From the NCBI GenBank assembly GCA_964476835.1, contig CAYZCE010000003.1:8579-72578 (forward strand): 64,000 bases of DNA. Reading direction: 5' to 3'. This document shows positions 1-9,602 of the stretch, in pieces. Source of the stretch: an uncultured Rhodospirillaceae bacterium. GTDB lineage: Bacteria > Pseudomonadota > Alphaproteobacteria > Micavibrionales > UBA2020. The notes below the pieces were generated by a model. The model was not told where the DNA came from and ran no database searches. It saw only the letters and a program-made list of their open reading frames with translations. Numbering within the stretch: the stretch's first letter is position 1; the number at the start of each line of letters is the position of its first letter. Position numbers and translations under genes: made by a program.

Positions 1-225
1 GGCGCAGCGTCGCTGTGGCGTCATTTGCTGGGCGGTGGCATGCATGACATCGCGCATGTGTTCGAGCATGCGGCGCCGTTCAACAGCACGGCGCTGGCGG
101 CTGCGTTCCATCAATGGTTCGTCGACGAAACCCGCATCGCCGCCTGCAACCGGGCAGGGGCGGAATTGCTGGATATGGCCGAATTGGCGCGTGAGAAGCG
201 GGGCTTGACTCGTTCCAATATTTGA
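1..225 (+). CDS. 3' end of an unidentified protein-coding gene (5' part outside window)
   Basis: Frame +1 is open from base 1 to TGA at 223-225 with GC-rich third codon positions. No diagnostic motif recognised. Confidence 0.35.
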   Translation, partial: GAASLWRHLLGGGMHDIAHVFEHAAPFNSTALAAAFHQWFVDETRIAACNRAGAELLDMAELAREKRGLTRSNI

Positions 226-265
226 CATAAGATGCATACATCTTAAAATCAAAGGAGCGATTCTC

Positions 266-433
266 ATGAAAAAGACCCTCAAGAACGTATTTCAGGCCAC
301 CGCTTTCGTGCTGGCGCAGGTTGCTGTGGCTGAACCGGCTGCTGCTGCCCAATCCGCAGGCGTCCTGTATGACAACATTGCCTCCGGCCTGATGGGTCTG
401 AAGGTAAAAGCTCTTTTCTCTTCAAAGCCTTAA
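266..433 (+). CDS. small (55 aa) hydrophobic/secreted peptide, unknown function
   Basis: ATG at 266 follows a strong AAAGGAG Shine-Dalgarno (251-257). Translation is MKKTLKNVFQATAFVLAQVAVAEPAAAAQS..., signal-peptide-like. Below the 60-aa cutoff of the ORF track. Confidence 0.4.
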   Translation: MKKTLKNVFQATAFVLAQVAVAEPAAAAQSAGVLYDNIASGLMGLKVKALFSSKP

Positions 434-520
434 TAATACTCTGTCTATTTAACAGAATATTACCCCCTATCGGTGATATAATCAGACTTGGAGGAGTGTG
501 TCCAAGTTTGAAGGAAGGGG

Positions 521-895
521 GTGGATGCCATGAGTCGGCCGAACCCGGCAGAGGTCGCGCTGATCGCTGAGATCGAGCACGCCATCGAGAACTACAAAAA
601 ACCAAATCGGGATGACGCAGTTGATTTCTGCTTTGTCCCGGAAGCCGTCTCCGCATTCCAAGACCTGGCCCTCAAGGTCGCGGTCATCATTTCCGACCAA
701 GGCGTCGAGAATACCTGCGGACAGATCCTTGCCGTCGCGGCGGAGATCAAGAAGCTCGACGACATCGAATGGAACCACGCCGGATCCATCGGCCGCGCCT
801 TCGAGCACGGCATCACCACCGACATCGTCATGTCCGACAAGAAAAACCCGCTGGTCAACGCAAAGTTGCCGCCGGTCCGGAGCTTTGAGCCGTAA
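521..895 (+). CDS. hypothetical protein (124 aa)
   Basis: ORF with GC3-rich codon usage and GGAAGGGGG upstream. Alternative ATG at 530. No recognised motif. Confidence 0.5.
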   Translation: MDAMSRPNPAEVALIAEIEHAIENYKKPNRDDAVDFCFVPEAVSAFQDLALKVAVIISDQGVENTCGQILAVAAEIKKLDDIEWNHAGSIGRAFEHGITTDIVMSDKKNPLVNAKLPPVRSFEP

Positions 896-898
896 TTA

Positions 899-1558
899 TT
901 ACTGCTCAGCCATATCCAGCAAATGCGCTTCGTCTTTTTTCTCGAGCCAGCCGCGCGCCATTTCGCGCGCGCGTTCCTTATCGCGGCGGCTGAGCTGCGC
1001 ATAGATGGCGTCGCGGTCGGCGCGCGCGCGGTCTTTTTCCGCGCCGTCGGGATAATGCACGATGGCGATGTAGAGCCACATGAGCGCCTTGACCGGGTCG
1101 GACGAGACGCCTTCGCCGCCGTAGTACATGCTGCCGATGTGATGCTGCGCCAGCGGGCGGTTGGCTTCCGCGGCGCGCGACAGAAGATCCATCGCCTTCG
1201 CCGGGTCTTTCGCCACGCCCTGGCCGAGGCGGTACATGATGCCGAGCAATTCTTCCGCCTGGTGCTGACCGTTCTTGGCGAGCGGCTCCAGCAGGGTTGC
1301 GGCCTGTTCGTACTTGCCTTGCTTGTAGACGGCGACGATGTCGCTGATCGTCATGACTTGCTGCGACTCTTGCGACACCGTCGTCGGCAACCCGCTGTCG
1401 TCCTGCGCCTGCGGCGCTTGCTGCGCGGTCGCGCCGGGCATCAAGAGGCCGGGTTTGACGTCGTTGTATTCGTCCATCGTCGGCGCAACGGCGTCTTGCG
1501 CGTGGGCGGCGGTGACCAGCAGGAGTGAGAAGAGGGCGGCAAGCAGGAAACGCATCAT
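899..1558 (-). CDS. secreted Sel1-like (TPR-family) repeat protein
   Basis: N-terminal signal peptide MMRFLLAALFSLLLVTAAHA. Tandem Sel1-type repeats (GIMYRLGQGVAKDPAKAMDLLSRAAE / GSMYYGGEGVSSDPVKALMWLYIA). Confidence 0.8.
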   Translation of the reverse strand: MMRFLLAALFSLLLVTAAHAQDAVAPTMDEYNDVKPGLLMPGATAQQAPQAQDDSGLPTTVSQESQQVMTISDIVAVYKQGKYEQAATLLEPLAKNGQHQAEELLGIMYRLGQGVAKDPAKAMDLLSRAAEANRPLAQHHIGSMYYGGEGVSSDPVKALMWLYIAIVHYPDGAEKDRARADRDAIYAQLSRRDKERAREMARGWLEKKDEAHLLDMAEQ

Positions 1559-1567
1559 GATCTCCGT

Positions 1568-2476
1568 TCAGGGCTTTTGCAGGACGAGGGCGCGCCAGTC
1601 GCCGATCTTCTCGGCGTCGATCAGTTTCAATCCGGCCTTCACATGCGCGGCCACGACATCGTCTTCCTGACGCGCGAGCAGGCCGGAGAGTACGGCGAAG
1701 CCGCCGGAGCGCAGACTCTTGACCAGCGCCGGCGCCATCTCGATCAGCGGATTGGCGAGGATGTTGGCGGCGACGATATCATAAGGGCCGTTCTTCGCCA
1801 CGGCGGGCACGTTGTAACCGTCGCCGCAGTAAGCATCGACCTTGTCTGCTGCGCCGTTCATCGCCGCGTGGCGGTTGGCGACGACGACGGATTCTTCCTC
1901 GATATCGACAGCCGTCACATGGATGGCGGGCCAGAGCTTGGTCATCGCGATCGCGAGGATGCCCGAGCCGCAGCCCATATCCAGCCCGCGCTTGAAGTCG
2001 TGCGCGGCCTTGAGCTTCTCGAGCGCCTGAATGCAGCCGCGTGTCGTTTCATGCTCGCCCGAGCCAAACGCCGTGGCGGCGTCGATTTGCAGCGGGATGG
2101 CATCCTTCGGCTTCTCGCCGCCGTAATGCGAGCCGTAGATGAAGAACGACCCAATCCGCACCGGCGGGAAGTTGTCGTGCACGTGCTGGAGCCAGTCCTT
2201 TTCCGGAAGGCGTTCGGCGATGATGCCGTCGCGCGTCAGGAACGGCGCCAGCTCGGTCACGCGGTTGAAAATGTCGTCGAGATCGGGCGCGCCTACCGAG
2301 GTTAGGGTGATCGACCAGTTGTCGCCGTCCGCCGACTCGCTATTATGGAGAAGGACGGTGGCGACGGCTTCTTCGAGCGCCTCCGACAGCTGTTCCGCCA
2401 GCGCGCCGTCGAGCACGCGGTCGAATTTGAAGGTAACCGACCAAAGCTCATGCGGGATGTTGTGATCTGCGTCCAT
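1568..2476 (-). CDS. prmA: ribosomal protein L11 methyltransferase
   Basis: PrmA length and architecture. SAM-binding motif LDMGCGSGILAIA and FGSGEHETT motif. Confidence 0.85.
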   Translation of the reverse strand: MDADHNIPHELWSVTFKFDRVLDGALAEQLSEALEEAVATVLLHNSESADGDNWSITLTSVGAPDLDDIFNRVTELAPFLTRDGIIAERLPEKDWLQHVHDNFPPVRIGSFFIYGSHYGGEKPKDAIPLQIDAATAFGSGEHETTRGCIQALEKLKAAHDFKRGLDMGCGSGILAIAMTKLWPAIHVTAVDIEEESVVVANRHAAMNGAADKVDAYCGDGYNVPAVAKNGPYDIVAANILANPLIEMAPALVKSLRSGGFAVLSGLLARQEDDVVAAHVKAGLKLIDAEKIGDWRALVLQKP

Positions 2477-2530
2477 GAGGGTATATATTATTGAGCCTCA
2501 TTCCATTGTCCACCGCAAAGGAGACCTGTC

Positions 2531-3658
2531 ATGGAAAAAAACGTTTATATCGCCGGTTACGTGCGTTCGCCCTTTACCTTTGCCGGCAAGGGTGCGCTGG
2601 CCGACGTGCGCGCGGACGACATGGCGACGGCGGTGGTCGCCGAACTTCTCAAGCGCACGGGCGTCGACGCCCATGACATCGAGGACCTGATCCTCGGCTG
2701 CGCTTTCCCCGAAGGCGAGCAGGGCTTCAACCTCGCGCGCATCATCGTCAGCATGGCGCGGCTGCCGATTTCGGTCGCAGGCACGACGGTCAACCGTTTC
2801 TGCGGATCGTCCATGCAGGCGATCCACATGGCGGCCGGCGCGATCCAGATGGGTGCGGGCGACGCCTTCATCTGCGGCGGCGTCGAGAGCATGAGCCGCG
2901 TGCCGATGGGCGGCTTCAACCCGATGCCGAACCCGGTGCTGGCGAAAGAATATCCGCAAGCTTACATCAGCATGGGCGAGACGGCGGAGAACCTGGCGCA
3001 CAAATACAGCATCGACCGCGCACGTCAGGAAGCCTTCGCGCTGTCGTCGCAGCAAAAAGCGGCCGCCGCACGCGCTGCTGGAAAACTGAAAGACGAAATC
3101 GTTGCCATCGGCCAAGTCACCGAAGACGGCTGCATCCGCCCTGAAACCACGCTGGAAGGCCTCGCAGGCCTCAAGACGGCGTTCGACGCGAACGGCTCCG
3201 TCACCGCGGGCACTTCGTCGCCGCTGACGGATGGCGCGTCGATGACGCTGATCGTCTCTGAAGATTATATGAAGGCGCACGGACTCAAGCCGCTCGCGCG
3301 CATCCGTTCCATCGCCGTTTCCGGCTGCGCGCCGGAGATCATGGGCATCGGCCCGGTCGGCGCGTCGCACAAGGCGCTCAAGCGCGCCGGCCTCACCATC
3401 AACGATATCGACATCATCGAGCTGAACGAGGCCTTTGCCGTGCAGTCGATGTCAGTGATCGAGGAACTCAAGGCCGACGTCTCCCGCGTCAACCTCGACG
3501 GCGGCGCGATCGCGCTCGGCCACCCGCTCGGCGCCTCCGGCGCGCGCATCACCGGCAAGGCGGCGAGCCTGCTCAAGCGCGAAGGCAAGCAACTCGCGCT
3601 CGCCACCATGTGCATCGGCGGCGGCCAGGGCATCGCGACGGTGCTGGAGGCGGCCTGA
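2531..3658 (+). CDS. acetyl-CoA C-acyltransferase (thiolase)
   Basis: Thiolase active-site regions NRFCGSSMQA (Cys nucleophile), NLDGGAIALGHPLGASG and MCIGGGQG. Paralog of the gene at 22869-24038. Confidence 0.9.
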   Translation: MEKNVYIAGYVRSPFTFAGKGALADVRADDMATAVVAELLKRTGVDAHDIEDLILGCAFPEGEQGFNLARIIVSMARLPISVAGTTVNRFCGSSMQAIHMAAGAIQMGAGDAFICGGVESMSRVPMGGFNPMPNPVLAKEYPQAYISMGETAENLAHKYSIDRARQEAFALSSQQKAAAARAAGKLKDEIVAIGQVTEDGCIRPETTLEGLAGLKTAFDANGSVTAGTSSPLTDGASMTLIVSEDYMKAHGLKPLARIRSIAVSGCAPEIMGIGPVGASHKALKRAGLTINDIDIIELNEAFAVQSMSVIEELKADVSRVNLDGGAIALGHPLGASGARITGKAASLLKREGKQLALATMCIGGGQGIATVLEAA

Positions 3659-4689
3659 TGAGCCTCGCGTCGCTGCCCAAAGTCGACCTGCACGTCCACC
3701 TCGAAGGCACGATCCTGCCGGCGCGCGCGATTGAACTGGCGCAGCGCAATAACGTCACGCTGCCCGACGGCCTGATCAAGGACGGCGAATATGCATGGGA
3801 CGGCGACGGCACCGCGGCTTCCGAGCTGGTCGGCTTCCTCGGCGCCTATACGGCGGCGACCGCGGTGCTCAAGACCGCGCAAGATTACACCGACATCACC
3901 TATGATTACCTGAAGGGCGTCGCGGCGGAAGGTTGCATCTACGCCGAAGTCACCATTTCCGCCGATCATGGCGCGATGGCAGGGCTGTCGTACCAGCAAA
4001 TGGTCGAGGCCATCGCCAAGGGATACGAGAAGGCTAAGGCCGAAACGGGCATCGAGGCGCGCTTCATTTCGACCTGCGTACGCCACTTCGGCCCCGACGA
4101 GGCGCTGAAAGTCGGCAAGATGACGCACGACCATCCGCATCCGCTGGTGACGGGCTTTGGCATGGCGGGCAACGAGAACGCTTTCACCGTCGCCGATTTC
4201 AAACCGGCCTTTGATGCTTCCGGCCTTGAGCACCGCACCGCGCATGCGGGCGAAGCGGCGGGCCCGGAGAGCGTCGCGGCCACTGAACGGATTCTCAAGA
4301 CGCGCCGCTTCGGCCACATGGTGCGCGCGATCGAGGATGCGTCGCTGATCCAGAAACTGAAATCCGATAACGCTGTGCCGGAAGTGTGCGTCTCGAGCAA
4401 TCTGACATTGAAAGTATATCCTGACTATGCGGCGCACCCGTTGCGCAAGCTGTTCGACGCCGGCCTCAAGGTCACGCTCGGCAGCGACGACCCGAGCTTC
4501 TTCCACACCACCATCGGCCGCGAATACCAGATCGCGCACGAGAAGTTCGGCTTCACGGAAACGGAGCTGCTGCAAGTCTCGCGCAACGCGATCGAGGAAG
4601 CCTTCCTCGATACGCCCACGCGCACCAAGCTGATGGCACGCATCAATGCCTACGGCCAGCCGCAGAAGCCGCCGTCGCCGAAACTCTAA
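3658..4689 (+). CDS. add: adenosine deaminase family protein
   Basis: KVDLHVHLEGT metal-binding motif near the N-terminus, SDDPSFF near the C-terminus. ATG 3658 overlaps the thiolase TGA (TGATG). Confidence 0.8.
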   Translation: MSLASLPKVDLHVHLEGTILPARAIELAQRNNVTLPDGLIKDGEYAWDGDGTAASELVGFLGAYTAATAVLKTAQDYTDITYDYLKGVAAEGCIYAEVTISADHGAMAGLSYQQMVEAIAKGYEKAKAETGIEARFISTCVRHFGPDEALKVGKMTHDHPHPLVTGFGMAGNENAFTVADFKPAFDASGLEHRTAHAGEAAGPESVAATERILKTRRFGHMVRAIEDASLIQKLKSDNAVPEVCVSSNLTLKVYPDYAAHPLRKLFDAGLKVTLGSDDPSFFHTTIGREYQIAHEKFGFTETELLQVSRNAIEEAFLDTPTRTKLMARINAYGQPQKPPSPKL

Positions 4690-4722
4690 CTGTCATTGCG
4701 AGCGTAGCGAGGAATGACAGTT
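4688..4722. repeat. REP-like hairpin between convergent genes (10-bp perfect arms AACTGTCATT / AATGACAGTT)
   Basis: Perfect 10-bp inverted repeat around a 15-nt loop, spanning both convergent stop codons. Its core GTCATTGCGAGCGTAGCGAGGAAT resembles the elements at 12004 and 12059. Confidence 0.6.
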
Positions 4723-5077
4723 AGAACTTGGGACGGGTGTGGATGTTCTTCTCGACCATCTTCACGATGCGTTGGCCTGTCGGCGTGTGCGCCAGTTCCG
4801 CCTTCGCGGCATTGAAGGCGCGCATGGCGGAGAAGTGGTCGGCGTTGCGTAAGTTCGTCATGAGCGACGCGGCCGGCTGGCGGTCGCGCGCGTTGAACTC
4901 GTGTTCGCGGCGGCGCAGCATTTGCGCGGCGACGTAGAAGGCGGCCAAGGCGCGTTCGGCTTGCGGACGCTCGGCCGCGGCATCCAGGAACGCGGCGTCG
5001 AGCGTCACGGCGCGGAAGTCGGCATTCATCCGGCCTTTCACGTCGCTGAGGTCGTCCCTGTCCTTGATCCGCACCAT
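4721..5077 (-). CDS. hypothetical protein (118 aa)
   Basis: ORF with strongly GC3-biased codons and a balanced, non-shadow-like composition. Diverges from mnmG across an AT-rich spacer. Confidence 0.55.
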   Translation of the reverse strand: MVRIKDRDDLSDVKGRMNADFRAVTLDAAFLDAAAERPQAERALAAFYVAAQMLRRREHEFNARDRQPAASLMTNLRNADHFSAMRAFNAAKAELAHTPTGQRIVKMVEKNIHTRPKF

Positions 5078-5165
5078 GCGTTTGTTTTTTCCTTATTGTT
5101 TGTATATGGTATTCTACTGCAAGATTCGTTACCAAAGCGTAAAAAATTACTAACATGCTGAAAAT

Positions 5166-7031
5166 ATGAAGAAATATGACGTCATTGTTGTGGGGGGCGG
5201 GCATGCGGGCTGCGAAGCGGCTGCCGCATCCGCGCGCATGGGCGCCAAGACGCTGCTGTTGACCCACAAGATCGAGAGCATCGGCGTGATGTCGTGCAAC
5301 CCGGCAATCGGCGGCCTCGGCAAGGGCCATCTGGTGCGTGAGATCGACGCGCTCGACGGCCTGATGGGCCGTGTGACGGACAAGGCCGGCATCCAGTTCC
5401 GCATGCTGAACGCCAGCAAGGGCGCGGCGGTGCGCGGCCCGCGCGCGCAGGCGGACCGCAAGCTGTATCGGCAGAACATGCAGGAAATACTGCTTAACTA
5501 CACGAATCTCGACGTCCTCGGCGACAGCGCGGAGGAAATCCTGCGCGACAATGATGGCCGCGTACGCGGCGTCATCACCGGCACCGGCGCGGAAATTGCC
5601 TGCGGCGCGCTCGTCATCACCACCGGCACTTTCCTGCGCGGCATCACGCATTGCGGCACGGTGCAGAACGCGGCGGGTCGCGTGGGCGAAAAGCCTTCGG
5701 TTGGCCTTGCCCTGAGCCTTGAAAAGCTGGCGCTGCCGCTCGGTCGTCTCAAGACCGGGACTCCGGCGCGCCTCGATGGCCGCACGATCAATTGGTCGAT
5801 CTTGGAAGAGCAACCGGGCGACAACCCGCCGCAGCCGTTTTCGTTCCTGAATACCGCGATCACGGTGTCGCAGATTAGTTGTCATATTACATACACCAAT
5901 GAGAGGACGCACCAGATCATCCGCGACAACCTGCATCAGGCGCCGATGTATTCGGGGCAGATCAAGTCGGTCGGGCCGCGTTATTGCCCCTCGATCGAGG
6001 ACAAGGTCGTGCGCTTCTCGGATAAAGACCGTCACCAGATCTTCCTCGAGCCGGAAGGGCTGGACGACCATACGGTATATCCCAACGGCATTTCGACCTC
6101 GCTGCCAGCGGAAATTCAGGCTGAACTTCTCAAGACCATTCCCGGCCTGGAGCAGGCAGTGATTTTGCAGCCGGGCTATGCAGTCGAATACGATTACGTC
6201 GATCCGCGCGCGCTGAAGCATACGCTGGAGACAAAGAGGGTCGCTGGCCTGTTCCTTGCCGGTCAGATCAATGGCACCACGGGCTATGAAGAAGCGGGCG
6301 CGCAAGGCTTGGTTGCGGGTATCAATGCGGCGCTGTTGGCTTCTGGTGCGGCGGAGGGCTTCGTGCTCGACCGCGCCGACGGCTATATCGGCGTGATGGT
6401 CGATGACTTGGTTACGCAGGGCGTTTCGGAGCCGTACCGCATGTTCACGTCGCGCGCGGAATACCGCCTGTCGCTGCGTGCCGACAATGCCGACCAGCGC
6501 CTGACCCCAGCCGGGATTTTCATCGGCTGCGTCGGATCCCAACGCGTCGAGGCCTTTGAAAAGAAGCAGCAGGCGTTGGCCGTCGGCCGCGCGCAGATGC
6601 AGGATTTGTCGCTGTTGCCGATCGAACTGGAGCGACTCGGTTATAAAGTCAATCAGGACGGCGTACGCCGTTCCGCGCATGAAATGATGCGCTATAGCGA
6701 GATCGGCTTCGCCGTACTGACGAAAATCTGGCCGGAGCTCGCCAGCATTCCTGCTGATATCGCGGAACAGCTGGAGATCGATGCGCGCTATGCCGGCTAT
6801 ATCCAGCGGCAGGAAGCCGACATCAAGGCTTTTCGCCGCGATGAAGAACTGTTGATCCCCGAGACGCTGGACTACGCGGCGGTCGGCTCGCTCTCCAATG
6901 AAATGCGCGTCAAGCTCTCTACCTATCGCCCACAAACACTGGGCGCGGCGAGCCGTATTCCCGGCGTCACGCCTGCAGCCATCGTCGCCCTGCTGCGCCA
7001 CATCAAGCGGAAAGAGAAAAAACTTGCCTGA
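5166..7031 (+). CDS. mnmG: tRNA uridine 5-carboxymethylaminomethyl modification enzyme MnmG (GidA)
   Basis: N-terminal FAD fold [16 protein letters not shown] and conserved SCNPAIGG and [12 protein letters not shown] motifs, 621 aa. Followed by rsmG-parAB. Confidence 0.97.
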   Translation: MKKYDVIVVGGGHAGCEAAAASARMGAKTLLLTHKIESIGVMSCNPAIGGLGKGHLVREIDALDGLMGRVTDKAGIQFRMLNASKGAAVRGPRAQADRKLYRQNMQEILLNYTNLDVLGDSAEEILRDNDGRVRGVITGTGAEIACGALVITTGTFLRGITHCGTVQNAAGRVGEKPSVGLALSLEKLALPLGRLKTGTPARLDGRTINWSILEEQPGDNPPQPFSFLNTAITVSQISCHITYTNERTHQIIRDNLHQAPMYSGQIKSVGPRYCPSIEDKVVRFSDKDRHQIFLEPEGLDDHTVYPNGISTSLPAEIQAELLKTIPGLEQAVILQPGYAVEYDYVDPRALKHTLETKRVAGLFLAGQINGTTGYEEAGAQGLVAGINAALLASGAAEGFVLDRADGYIGVMVDDLVTQGVSEPYRMFTSRAEYRLSLRADNADQRLTPAGIFIGCVGSQRVEAFEKKQQALAVGRAQMQDLSLLPIELERLGYKVNQDGVRRSAHEMMRYSEIGFAVLTKIWPELASIPADIAEQLEIDARYAGYIQRQEADIKAFRRDEELLIPETLDYAAVGSLSNEMRVKLSTYRPQTLGAASRIPGVTPAAIVALLRHIKRKEKKLA

Positions 7032-7644
7032 TTTTACCCTGTTCCCTTTTGAGAGCCACGGCCTCGATGTTTCACGTGAAACACGCGAAAAGTTTAACCG
7101 CTATGCCAAGCTGCTGCTCAAGTGGCAGAAAGCGATCAACCTTGTCAGCCCGACGACGCTGGAAGACATGGCCGAGCGCCACTTCCTCGACTCCGTCCAG
7201 CTAATCCGCCAGATCCCGGAGAAGGGGGTCAAGCTGGCGGATCTCGGCTCCGGCGCTGGTTTCCCAGGGCTTGTGCTGGCGATGCTGGGCATTGCGGACG
7301 TTCACCTGATCGAATCCGATGTGCGCAAAGCCACCTTCCTGCGCGAAGTTTCACGTGAAACAGGCACTAAAGTCACCGTCCATGACGACCGGATTGAAGA
7401 TGTGACCATCGAAGGCCTCGATTTCATCACCGCGCGGGCGCTGGCGCCGGTCAAGGACCTCTGCGGCATGGTTGCCCATCTGGCGGGGGAAAAGCCTGTC
7501 ACAGCTCTCTTCCTGAAGGGTGAAAAGACCGAAGAAGAACTGATCAAGGCTAAAAAGTCCTTTAATTTCAGTATCGAAATCTTCGATAGCGTGACCGATC
7601 CCACTGGTAAGATATTGAAAATCAAGGACTTGACCAAGAAATAG
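7024..7644 (+). CDS. rsmG: 16S rRNA (guanine527-N7)-methyltransferase RsmG (GidB)
   Basis: LDVSRET..., WQKAINLVS and SAM motif [14 protein letters not shown]. No in-frame ATG precedes the conserved N-terminus. TTG 7024, overlapping the mnmG stop by 8 nt, is the best start, but this is uncertain. Confidence 0.88.
   Translation: MPDFTLFPFESHGLDVSRETREKFNRYAKLLLKWQKAINLVSPTTLEDMAERHFLDSVQLIRQIPEKGVKLADLGSGAGFPGLVLAMLGIADVHLIESDVRKATFLREVSRETGTKVTVHDDRIEDVTIEGLDFITARALAPVKDLCGMVAHLAGEKPVTALFLKGEKTEEELIKAKKSFNFSIEIFDSVTDPTGKILKIKDLTKK
7068..7083. promoter_or_regulatory. parS centromere-like site (perfect TGTTTCACGTGAAACA)
   Basis: Exact 16-bp palindrome matching the canonical ParB-binding parS consensus. 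Lies inside rsmG, where it encodes the VSRET motif. Confidence 0.85.
7347..7362. promoter_or_regulatory. parS-like site (AGTTTCACGTGAAACA, 15/16)
   Basis: One mismatch to the parS palindrome. Inside rsmG, where it encodes a second VSRET. Confidence 0.7.
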
Positions 7645-7652
7645 CCCCCGGC

Positions 7653-7668
7653 TGTTTCACGTGAAACA
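7653..7668. promoter_or_regulatory. parS centromere-like site (perfect TGTTTCACGTGAAACA)
   Basis: Exact 16-bp palindrome in the rsmG-parA intergenic region, 63 nt upstream of the parA ATG. Confidence 0.85.
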
Positions 7669-7730
7669 AGGCAACTTAATTAGCCTTATTCGCCTTGCCT
7701 GGACTCGTTTTACTGCTGTAAAACTCTTCT

Positions 7731-8588
7731 ATGACCCAAGCATTGCCCCAAACCGAGAATTTACCCGCCATCACGGGCGGCCCCGCCGCACCGGGAACCC
7801 GTTATATCAGCGTTTCCAACCAAAAAGGCGGCGTCGGTAAGACGACAACGACGATCAACCTCGCCACAGCCCTCGCGGCGGTGGGTAAGAAGGTGCTGGT
7901 TGTCGATCTCGATCCGCAGGGCAATGCCTCGACCGGCCTCGGCGTTGACCGTTCGAACCGCATGCACGGGAGTTATGAAATCCTGTTCGACGAATGTGAC
8001 CTGGATCAGGCCGCGCTGCCGACCAAGGTGCCGCGCCTCTTCGTCGTGCCGTCGTCCATCCACCTCTCGGGCGCCGAGATCGAATTGATCGACGTGCCGA
8101 AGCGCGAGAGCCGCCTCAAGACCGCCCTGGCCAAATCGACTACGAATTATGACTATGTGCTGTTCGACTGCCCGCCGTCGCTCAATTTGCTGACGCTGAA
8201 TGCGCTGGTCGCGTCCGACGGCGTACTGGTGCCGATGCAGTGCGAATTCTTCGCGCTCGAAGGCCTTAGCCATTTGATGAACACGATCGAGCGCGTGCGC
8301 GGCGCGTTTAATCCGAGCCTGTCGCTGCAGGGCATCGTGCTGACGATGTTCGACCGTCGCAACCGTCTGTCGACGCAGGTCGCTGACAACGTGCGCGAAC
8401 ATTTCGGCGACGCGGTCTACGACACTGTCATCCCGCGCAACGTGCGCATTTCGGAAGCGCCGTCGTTCGGCCTGCCCGCGATCGTGTACGACATGGGCTG
8501 CACCGGCTCGCAAGCTTACCTGCGCCTCGCGCGCGAAGTGCTGAAGCGCGAAAAGAAACTCAACCAACTTTCGGGAGAAACCGCATGA
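7731..8588 (+). CDS. parA: chromosome partitioning ATPase ParA
   Basis: Deviant Walker A NQKGGVGKTTT and ParA/Soj-typical DCPPSL motif. Stop overlaps the parB start (ATGA). Confidence 0.95.
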   Translation: MTQALPQTENLPAITGGPAAPGTRYISVSNQKGGVGKTTTTINLATALAAVGKKVLVVDLDPQGNASTGLGVDRSNRMHGSYEILFDECDLDQAALPTKVPRLFVVPSSIHLSGAEIELIDVPKRESRLKTALAKSTTNYDYVLFDCPPSLNLLTLNALVASDGVLVPMQCEFFALEGLSHLMNTIERVRGAFNPSLSLQGIVLTMFDRRNRLSTQVADNVREHFGDAVYDTVIPRNVRISEAPSFGLPAIVYDMGCTGSQAYLRLAREVLKREKKLNQLSGETA

Positions 8589-9535
8589 CCTCCGACATTA
8601 AAAAGCGTGGCCTCGGCCGCGGACTCGACGCGCTGTTCCAGGGCGCACGCGACGAAGAAGCTTCCTTCGCGCCGAAGATCCGCCGCGCGGACGAGATTGT
8701 GGCCACCGCGCAGAAAGCCGCGCCGACCAGCGCGCCGCAGAAGCTGGCGATCGACCGCCTGCGCCCCGGCAAGTTCCAGCCGCGTCACCATTTCGACGGC
8801 GCAGCGCTGGAAGCACTGGCGGAATCCATCGCCGTGCACGGCGTGATCCAGCCGCTGCTGGTGCGCGCCGTCGGCGGCAACACGTATGAGATCATCGCCG
8901 GCGAACGCCGCTGGCGCGCCGCGCAAAAGGCGCAGGTGCATGAGCTGCCCGTCGTCATCGCCGACCTCAGCGACAACGACGCGCTCGAAATCGCGCTGAT
9001 CGAGAACCTGCAGCGTGAAGACCTTAATGCGCTCGAGGAAGCCGAAGGCTACCAGCGCCTGATGGATGAATTCCACCACACGCAAGACGTCCTCGCGCAT
9101 CACCTCGGCAAGAGCCGCAGCCATGTCGCCAACATGTTGCGCCTGCTCAAGCTGACGCCGCGCGTGAAGAAGTATGTGCAGGAAGGAACCTTGAGCGCTG
9201 GCCATGCGCGCGCGTTGCTCGGCTGCCCCGCGGCGGACGAGATCGCGCAAACGGTCATCAAGCGCGGCCTCTCGGTGCGCCAGACCGAAAAGCTCGTGCA
9301 GGGCGCGATCGGCGGCAAGGTCAAGAAGGCCGCGAAGCCGCAGGCGCGCAAAGGCCTCGTCTTCAAGGATGTCGACGTGCTGGCGCTGGAAGAGAAAATC
9401 TCCTCCATCCTCGGCATGCGCGTGACGATCAACGGCGAGGGGCCTGCGGGCACGCTCGTGGTTGATTACAAGTCGCTCGAGCAGCTCGACGACGTCGTCG
9501 CCCGCTTGTCTCGTGCGCCGGTCAAGAAGATTTAA
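8585..9535 (+). CDS. parB: chromosome partitioning protein ParB
   Basis: ParB box [11 protein letters not shown] region and N-terminal [11 protein letters not shown] motif. Confidence 0.95.
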   Translation: MTSDIKKRGLGRGLDALFQGARDEEASFAPKIRRADEIVATAQKAAPTSAPQKLAIDRLRPGKFQPRHHFDGAALEALAESIAVHGVIQPLLVRAVGGNTYEIIAGERRWRAAQKAQVHELPVVIADLSDNDALEIALIENLQREDLNALEEAEGYQRLMDEFHHTQDVLAHHLGKSRSHVANMLRLLKLTPRVKKYVQEGTLSAGHARALLGCPAADEIAQTVIKRGLSVRQTEKLVQGAIGGKVKKAAKPQARKGLVFKDVDVLALEEKISSILGMRVTINGEGPAGTLVVDYKSLEQLDDVVARLSRAPVKKI

Positions 9536-9602
9536 GGTTTTATTGACATAAAATATATATATAATACAATACTTCCATATCTTTGGAATCGGGAAGCACA
9601 CG

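Noticed and set aside
461-482. Extended -10-like element TGATATAAT upstream of the 124-aa ORF
   Set aside because: It is a plausible promoter but has no acceptable -35 at 16-18 nt spacing, and alphaproteobacterial promoters deviate from the E. coli consensus. Not called as a feature.
5078-5165. AT-rich spacer upstream of mnmG, considered as a replication origin
   Set aside because: I could find no DnaA-box repeats. It is more simply a divergent promoter region.
4686-7001. 771-aa ORF antisense to mnmG
   Set aside because: It lies entirely opposite the unmistakable MnmG frame. The Arg/Ala/Gly-rich, low-complexity translation is typical of GC-driven shadow ORFs.
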